In this document: positions 58,789 to 64,000 of the stretch, in pieces | Numbering within the stretch: position 1 is the stretch's first letter | Layout: every line of letters starts with the position of its first letter | Source: Bacteroides sp. SM23_62_1 | Lineage (GTDB): Bacteria; Bacteroidota; Bacteroidia; Bacteroidales; SM23-62 | Assembly (NCBI GenBank): GCA_001304505.1 | Contig: LJUQ01000001.1 | Span: forward strand, 855-64,854 | Length of the DNA stretch: 64,000 nt | Direction of reading: 5' to 3' | Translations under genes and position numbers: made by a program | The notes under the pieces: generated by a model | Seen by the model: the letters and a program-made list of their open reading frames with translations, nothing else | Told to the model about the DNA's origin: nothing | Database searches by the model: none

Positions 58789-59854
58789 AACTTATGATAT
58801 GATGGTTAAAATGATCCGTATCTTCATTCAGAAAATCTATGTATATGGGAATGTAGTAGAATTTTTCCTTTATCACCGCATCAATATCTGTATATTTCTG
58901 TAAACGCATAGCGTCTTTTTCAGTTGTAAAGATTATTTTTTCATTCCCTGAAAGTGCATGAAAGGCAGATATGATATGGTCAATATCCCTGGGTTTATAG
59001 TCGTGATGATCGGGATAAATTAACTCCGTGATATGTGTTGAATAATTACGGACAAATTTTTTAAAAGACCTAGGATTGGCAATTCCGGCGACCATCATAA
59101 TTTGGGGCTTCATTTTTTTAATCTCTTCCCTTGTTAGAGGATTGCCCGATATCCGAAACACAGGTATTGGATTGTCATCTTTGATTTTTGTAAAGTAAAG
59201 ATGTTGGAAAGGATACAGTTTCAGGTCTTTCACAACAATCCTGCGTTCAATGGGTTTAAGACGATCCGGACATTTCGTAATGAGTATAATATTTGCTCTT
59301 CTTCTTTCGAAAGATTGTTCACGAAGCCTCCCTGCCGGTAAAAGAAAATCTTCCGAAAGCGGACGGTTATAGTCTATCAGCAGTATTGATAACCCGGCTT
59401 TGACTTGCCTGTGTTGGAAAGCATCATCAAGTATAACAACATCAAGTTCCGGGATGTTCTCAGCCAGCTTTTTGATTCCGTGTACCCTTTTTCGATCAAC
59501 AGCAACATGAATCTCAGGAAATTTTTTTTTGATCTGGCGCGGCTCATCACCTATTTCAGCAGCAGTGGAGTTTTCACTGGCTAGAATGAAATGACGTGTT
59601 TTTCTTCTGTACCCCCTGCTTAGTGTTGCTATCTGGAAGTTTTCTCTCAGAAGGCGTATAAGGTGTTCTACATGTGGTGTTTTACCTGTTCCGCCTACCG
59701 TGATATTACCGATGCTGATGATGGGAATATCAAATTCTTTTGATTCAATAATCTGATAATCAAAAAGGAAATTTCTAATGTATATGATGAATCCATATAC
59801 TAGTGAAAATGGATATAAAAGGATAGTCCATCTGTTCTGCGTTCCGGGAAGCAT
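58727..59854 (-). CDS. lpxK: Tetraacyldisaccharide 4'-kinase
   Basis: 375 aa. N-terminal membrane helix and P-loop VGNITVGGTGKTP. Its 3' end overlaps the PNP gene by 62 nt. Confidence 0.85.
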   Translation of the reverse strand: MLPGTQNRWTILLYPFSLVYGFIIYIRNFLFDYQIIESKEFDIPIISIGNITVGGTGKTPHVEHLIRLLRENFQIATLSRGYRRKTRHFILASENSTAAEIGDEPRQIKKKFPEIHVAVDRKRVHGIKKLAENIPELDVVILDDAFQHRQVKAGLSILLIDYNRPLSEDFLLPAGRLREQSFERRRANIILITKCPDRLKPIERRIVVKDLKLYPFQHLYFTKIKDDNPIPVFRISGNPLTREEIKKMKPQIMMVAGIANPRSFKKFVRNYSTHITELIYPDHHDYKPRDIDHIISAFHALSGNEKIIFTTEKDAMRLQKYTDIDAVIKEKFYYIPIYIDFLNEDTDHFNHHIISYVRDNKRNSILFKRKNINST

Positions 59855-60046
59855 AGGATAAAGTGAATGACTAAAATTTAAAATTTGAAATGCCTGAAAT
59901 TAAAGTGTGAACAAAGAGTTCAGGGAAATTATAACAATTTTACTTTTTTCTCATCCCAAGTTTTAGCTCATTTCAATTTTGAACTCATTTCAAATTTAGG
60001 ATTAAGGTATTCATTTTTCTTTTCCTGAGCCTTAGCTTTCTTCTTT

Positions 60047-61810
60047 CTAATACAATTCCACTTCAAACGGGAGCTTTGTCAGTATTCCGGTTGAACTTTC
60101 AAGTTCTTCGAGTTGTTTCAGGTACTTATAATAATCTCCCAATTCTTTCTTAAAGATCCGGGCCCTGGTATTTTCTGATAGTTCTCTCAACAACTGTTCC
60201 AGGGCATTTTCGAGTTTGGGAAGTTCAACAATTCTGTATTTATCAAGCCCTGCCATTTCCGCAGCAATATCAATAGCTGTATTCAATCCGCCGAATACAT
60301 CCACCAGTCCGTTATTAACGGCATTAACTCCGCTCCAGACTCTGCCCTGCCCGATTTGATCAACCTCATCCCATGTCATGTTACGGCCTGCCGATACATG
60401 TGAGACAAAAGTATCATAAACCTTCTCGATACTAAACCTGATTACTTCCTTTTCTTCTCCGGTCAGGGGTCTGAAAATATTACCAAAATCCGCATAAGGA
60501 TTTGTTTTGGCAACATCCACATGTACACCCAATTTTTTATTCATGAATTTCTGGGTATTTGGTAAAATCGCAAAAACACCGATTGATCCTGTGATGGTAT
60601 TGGGATGAGCAACAATCGTATCAGCAGGAGCTATTATATAATATCCTCCGGATGCTGCCACATCTCCAAGTGATGCCACAACGGGTTTTACATTTCTGGC
60701 CAGGTTCAATTCTCTCCAGATCACTTCTGATGGCAGCGCACCTCCACCTCCCGAGTTAACACGGATAACAATTGCCCTGATTGAACTGTCACGTCTTGCC
60801 TGACGGATAGTTTTGGAGATCCTTTCAGAACTGATTGTCCCTTCTCCCATATTCCCACTGATGATGCTGCCATGGGCATAGATCACGGCAATTTTGTCTT
60901 TGGCTAAACCTTTATATTCCCTCTTTTTTGGAGCCTTGGTATATCGTTTCAGTGTGATACTTTTAAGATCTTTCTTCTCCGGAATGCCAGTTCGCTGCTT
61001 CAGCACAGATATCACTTCATCTTTATACAGCAGGCTGTCAACAAGCTGGTGTTTCAAAGCATGCTCTGCACTGCGTATAGTGAATTTATCAGCTAGGGAG
61101 AAAAGGGTTTCCGAAGGGATTTCCCTTGCCTTTCCTATTTCACCCAGCATGTTTTGCCAGATTGATCCAACCCATCCCATGATCTGTTCACGGTTCTCGT
61201 CACTCATCTCATTATACATATAAGGTTCAACAGCTGATTTGTATGTGCCGTGACGGATGACCTGAGCCTCGATTCCGAGCTTATCAAGCGCATCCTTGTA
61301 AAACAGGATTTGTGCACCCAGACCGGTGAATCCCAATTCTCCTGCAGGATTTAAATAAATCTTATCCGAAATGGATGCAAGGTAGTATGCTTTCTGAGTG
61401 TAATAATCACTATAGGTAACAATAAATTTACCTGACTCTTTGAATTCGATTAAAGCATTGCGTATTTCCTCGACTGTGGCAAGGCCGGCATTGATGAATG
61501 ATAATTCCATGTATATCCCGGCAATATTATCGTCATTTTTTGCTTTATCAATATTGTTCAATATGTTATTCAGGCCTAACTGTTTCATTGCTGAAAAACC
61601 ATCAGTAGGGAAAAAATCAAATGGATTTTCTTCAGCCCGTTCAACGATTGTTTCTGCAAGGTCAATATATAAGAGGGTATTTGGTTGCACTTCAACAGGC
61701 TTTTCCTGTGACGATGCAGAGATGATAATGATAAGCAAAAAGAAAAACATGAAAAAGGATACAACAATACCCAGAATTGTTGCAAGAGTGTATTTTAAAA
61801 ATTCTTTCAT
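60047..61810 (-). CDS. sppA: Signal peptide peptidase SppA, 67K type
   Basis: 587 aa. N-terminal TM helix and two ClpP/crotonase-like S49 domains (GDVAASGGYY). Confidence 0.9.
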   Translation of the reverse strand: MKEFLKYTLATILGIVVSFFMFFFLLIIIISASSQEKPVEVQPNTLLYIDLAETIVERAEENPFDFFPTDGFSAMKQLGLNNILNNIDKAKNDDNIAGIYMELSFINAGLATVEEIRNALIEFKESGKFIVTYSDYYTQKAYYLASISDKIYLNPAGELGFTGLGAQILFYKDALDKLGIEAQVIRHGTYKSAVEPYMYNEMSDENREQIMGWVGSIWQNMLGEIGKAREIPSETLFSLADKFTIRSAEHALKHQLVDSLLYKDEVISVLKQRTGIPEKKDLKSITLKRYTKAPKKREYKGLAKDKIAVIYAHGSIISGNMGEGTISSERISKTIRQARRDSSIRAIVIRVNSGGGGALPSEVIWRELNLARNVKPVVASLGDVAASGGYYIIAPADTIVAHPNTITGSIGVFAILPNTQKFMNKKLGVHVDVAKTNPYADFGNIFRPLTGEEKEVIRFSIEKVYDTFVSHVSAGRNMTWDEVDQIGQGRVWSGVNAVNNGLVDVFGGLNTAIDIAAEMAGLDKYRIVELPKLENALEQLLRELSENTRARIFKKELGDYYKYLKQLEELESSTGILTKLPFEVELY

Positions 61811-61955
61811 TGGTTAATGGATTATATCTTAAAAATAAATGATTTCATGATTTTCAAAGATATATAAAATAGTTATGAATGGATTAGCAAATGACTGCTT
61901 TTAAATGTCTGAAAATATTATAAACTTGTGAACCAATTCAGATAAAAATCAATTA

Positions 61956-62444
61956 ATGGCTAGCGTTTATCTCCTGATAGGAGGCAACCTTGGTAACAGG
62001 ATAAAATTGCTGGAAGAAGCCAGGGAAATGATTGCCAGGTCGACAGGTACGATCACCAGAATTTCCTCAATCTATGAAACTGAACCATGGGGATTCATCC
62101 ACAAAAGGTATTTTCTCAACCAGTGCCTGAAAGTCAAAACCTCTCTTCCCCCCTATGATATACTAAAATCAATTAAAAATATAGAAGTGCACTTTGACAG
62201 GAGAAAAAATTCCGGCACATATAAAAGCAGAAGAATGGATATTGATATTTTGTTTTACGATAATATCATTCTTCATGAAGAAGATCTGCAAATTCCTCAT
62301 CCGCTGTTGCAAGAACGCAGGTTTGTCCTAGTTCCGCTAGTGGAAATTCAGCCTGATTTCATACATCCCGTTTTAAATAAGAGTGTCCGTGAACTATTAT
62401 CACAATGTTCGGATAATAAAATTGTAAAATTATACGAAGTGTAA
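61956..62444 (+). CDS. folK: 2-amino-4-hydroxy-6-hydroxymethyldihydropteridine diphosphokinase
   Basis: 162 aa. YLLIGGNLG, SSIYETEPWG, RxxDIDIL and PHP...R.FVL motifs. Confidence 0.9.
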   Translation: MASVYLLIGGNLGNRIKLLEEAREMIARSTGTITRISSIYETEPWGFIHKRYFLNQCLKVKTSLPPYDILKSIKNIEVHFDRRKNSGTYKSRRMDIDILFYDNIILHEEDLQIPHPLLQERRFVLVPLVEIQPDFIHPVLNKSVRELLSQCSDNKIVKLYEV

Positions 62445-62497
62445 TTTTTGAATAATGATAATCTGACCGGTCTCTACTCTGATTATTCAGAAAGATA

Positions 62498-62560
62498 CCA
62501 TGCTCCACGCGCCATGCTCCACGCACCATGCACAACGCTCCATGCACCATGCTCCATGCT
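62498..62560. repeat. 14-nt tandem repeat, about 4.5 copies (CCATGCTCCACGCG)
   Basis: ccatgctccacgcg ccatgctccacgca ccatgcacaacgct ccatgcaccatgct ccatgct, between folK and the converging 303-aa gene. Confidence 0.75.
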
Positions 62561-62561
62561 A

Positions 62562-63473
62562 TCAAAAGAAGATAAATCTTTTTTTCAGGGATATGAATGG
62601 GTAGGATTTTGCGCCAAGCTCTTTAAAGGCTGATACCAGGTTGTATGCTGATGGATTATCAATACTGAGGATAAGGTTTTTCTCGGTGTTTTCTGCTATA
62701 TATTGGTCGATGATCAGGTACAAAGCACCATGATTTATTCCTTCATGATCCGCTGCAGCAGAGTGGATTATCTGACGACCTTTAAAGCGGATGAAAAAAA
62801 CTACAGCACAGAGGTTATTTTCGCGTGTATAGGCACCGTGAATCTCGCCCATCCGGTAGCGGATTACATTGGAAAGAATCTGACGCAAAAATAATAACCA
62901 TGTGGGTTTTATAGGCCTTGAACTGAACCTGTCAAAACGATATATAAACTGTAAAAATTCATGACTGGAGATATTTTGCATAATACTGATCCTGTTTCGC
63001 AATGCAGATTGGATTTTACTTTTTGCATTATCAGAATATTCGTTCTGTATTCTATCATAGGATGAGATCAATTCAAGTTCGGTTGTGTTCTTTCTTTTTT
63101 TTATAGTATTACTGTAAGGAAGTGCATTGAATTTGTTAAACTGGCAGGATTTTATTCCATAGTATGAAGGTATGGCACAAAGGAATTGTTCTGATAATGA
63201 TTCATCCATTATATCTTTTGAGAAGATCCCAAGTTGCCATGTAAGTGCAGGCTGGATAATAACCGGGACAAAATAGCGCCTGGAAACAGGTAGGGGCATA
63301 ACAGAGCGGTAATCTTCTGTAATCAATGCTTCCCATCCAGGGCAGGTAATGTTCAGGTACCAGGAAAGAGGATATATACAGGCATTAACAGAGGAGATAA
63401 TTGTCTCATCCCACAGTGTGAGATCAATCTCATTATTCCTGTAATGATTGATTTTAATAGGATAATCACTCAT
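62562..63473 (-). CDS. Hypothetical protein (possibly a FemAB/GNAT-fold acyltransferase-like protein)
   Basis: 303 aa ORF translationally coupled to radC (4-nt ATGA overlap). The fold assignment is a guess from size and motif spacing only. Confidence 0.4.
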   Translation of the reverse strand: MSDYPIKINHYRNNEIDLTLWDETIISSVNACIYPLSWYLNITCPGWEALITEDYRSVMPLPVSRRYFVPVIIQPALTWQLGIFSKDIMDESLSEQFLCAIPSYYGIKSCQFNKFNALPYSNTIKKRKNTTELELISSYDRIQNEYSDNAKSKIQSALRNRISIMQNISSHEFLQFIYRFDRFSSRPIKPTWLLFLRQILSNVIRYRMGEIHGAYTRENNLCAVVFFIRFKGRQIIHSAAADHEGINHGALYLIIDQYIAENTEKNLILSIDNPSAYNLVSAFKELGAKSYPFISLKKRFIFF

Positions 63474-64000
63474 AACAAACCTTCATCGGCAAAGCTAAAA
63501 TAGGAATTATCCGCTACAATAATATGATCAATCAGGTTGATATCCATAATTTGCGCAGAATCTTTCAGTTTATTGGTTATCCTGATATCTGCATCACTGG
63601 GTTTGAGGTTGCCGGAAGGATGATTGTGACACAGGATGATAGAAGAAGAGAGGCGGTCAACAGCATTTTTAAGTATGATCCTTGTATCTATAACAGTGCC
63701 TGAGATTCCTCCCTGGCTGATTCTAACTCTGTCTAGTACACGGTTGGACCTGCTTAAAAGTAATATCCAGAACTCTTCATGATTAAGATCTCCAAGTAAT
63801 GGCTGAAACAGTTCAAATACATCTTTGCTTCCGGAAATTTTTTCCTCCGGTAACCTGCCCGAGAGATTGCGCCTTCTGCCGAGTTCTATGCAGGCTATTA
63901 TAGCCATTGCCCGTGCAGGCCCGATCCCGGGAATCTTTCTTAAACCTGCCAGATCCAGTTTGCCCAGCTCATGCAGGTTATTACTCACCAGCTTCAGTAC
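63470..64000 (-). CDS. radC: RadC-family JAMM protein, N-terminus beyond the window
   Basis: HhH-like IPGIGPARAMAI and JAMM motif HNHPSG...PSDAD. The frame stays open to position 64000. Confidence 0.85.
   Translation of the reverse strand, partial: VLKLVSNNLHELGKLDLAGLRKIPGIGPARAMAIIACIELGRRRNLSGRLPEEKISGSKDVFELFQPLLGDLNHEEFWILLLSRSNRVLDRVRISQGGISGTVIDTRIILKNAVDRLSSSIILCHNHPSGNLKPSDADIRITNKLKDSAQIMDINLIDHIIVADNSYFSFADEGLL

Noticed and set aside
59880-60010. aaatttgaaatg motifs in direct and inverted orientation between sppA and lpxK
   Set aside because: They are short AT-rich words in AT-rich spacer DNA and could arise by chance. No supporting context for an operator or a mobile-element end.
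62498-62560. Possible CRISPR array
   Set aside because: The units are 14 nt and directly adjacent with no spacers, and no cas genes are in the window. It is a simple minisatellite.
62448-62633. 61-aa plus-strand ORF, plus a 68-aa minus-strand ORF at 62359..62565
   Set aside because: They are generated by the 14-nt tandem repeat (repetitive HAP/MLH peptides) and partly overlap real genes. They are not credible genes.
1-64000. Mobile genetic element, prophage or genomic island
   Set aside because: No integrase, transposase, recombinase, phage structural genes or conjugation genes were seen in any frame. The tRNA genes are flanked by housekeeping genes. The only decay signature is the small dehydrogenase remnant.

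Overview
AT-rich bacterial chromosomal window that looks like Bacteroidota. Evidence: Bacteroidetes-type TAnnTTTG -7 boxes, an rplM-rpsI / rpsB-tsf / pyrH-frr arrangement, many lipoprotein signal peptides, DUF2723, large FtsX-type permeases and a FlgD-Ig/T9SS-like C-terminal domain. Most of it is densely packed housekeeping: dxs, frr, pyrH, tsf, rpsB, rpsI, rplM, purD, purQ, hflX, asd, lpxK, sppA, folK, radC, tRNA-Ala(GGC) and a truncated tRNA-Leu(CAA). There are also envelope genes (O-antigen-ligase-like, DUF2723, polysaccharide deacetylase, OmpA-like, TonB), a GH42-like hydrolase with two sulfatases, and a Zn/Mn-type metal uptake operon that has no ATPase gene. I found no integrase, transposase, CRISPR array or prophage genes. 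The most interesting region is an about 10 kb co-directional minus-strand cluster (24963..34799). It encodes two CheR-like methyltransferases, a receiver-less CheB-like methylesterase, three proteins with paralogous GAF modules (one an output-less HAMP-GAF-PAS membrane sensor, one a PAS/PP2C SiaA-like phosphatase), and a SiaB-like kinase / SiaC-like (DUF1987) partner-switch pair. No CheA, CheW, MCP, CheY, histidine kinase or diguanylate cyclase is present. An ABCG-like exporter with an N-terminal regulatory extension follows immediately downstream. The intergenic DNA also carries several short repeat families: a nested C-rich/G-rich palindrome in 5 copies, 11-nt-periodic CACRRAG hairpins at 3 loci, and short tandem repeats. 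All functional calls come from motif recognition by eye in the supplied translations; no database search was run.
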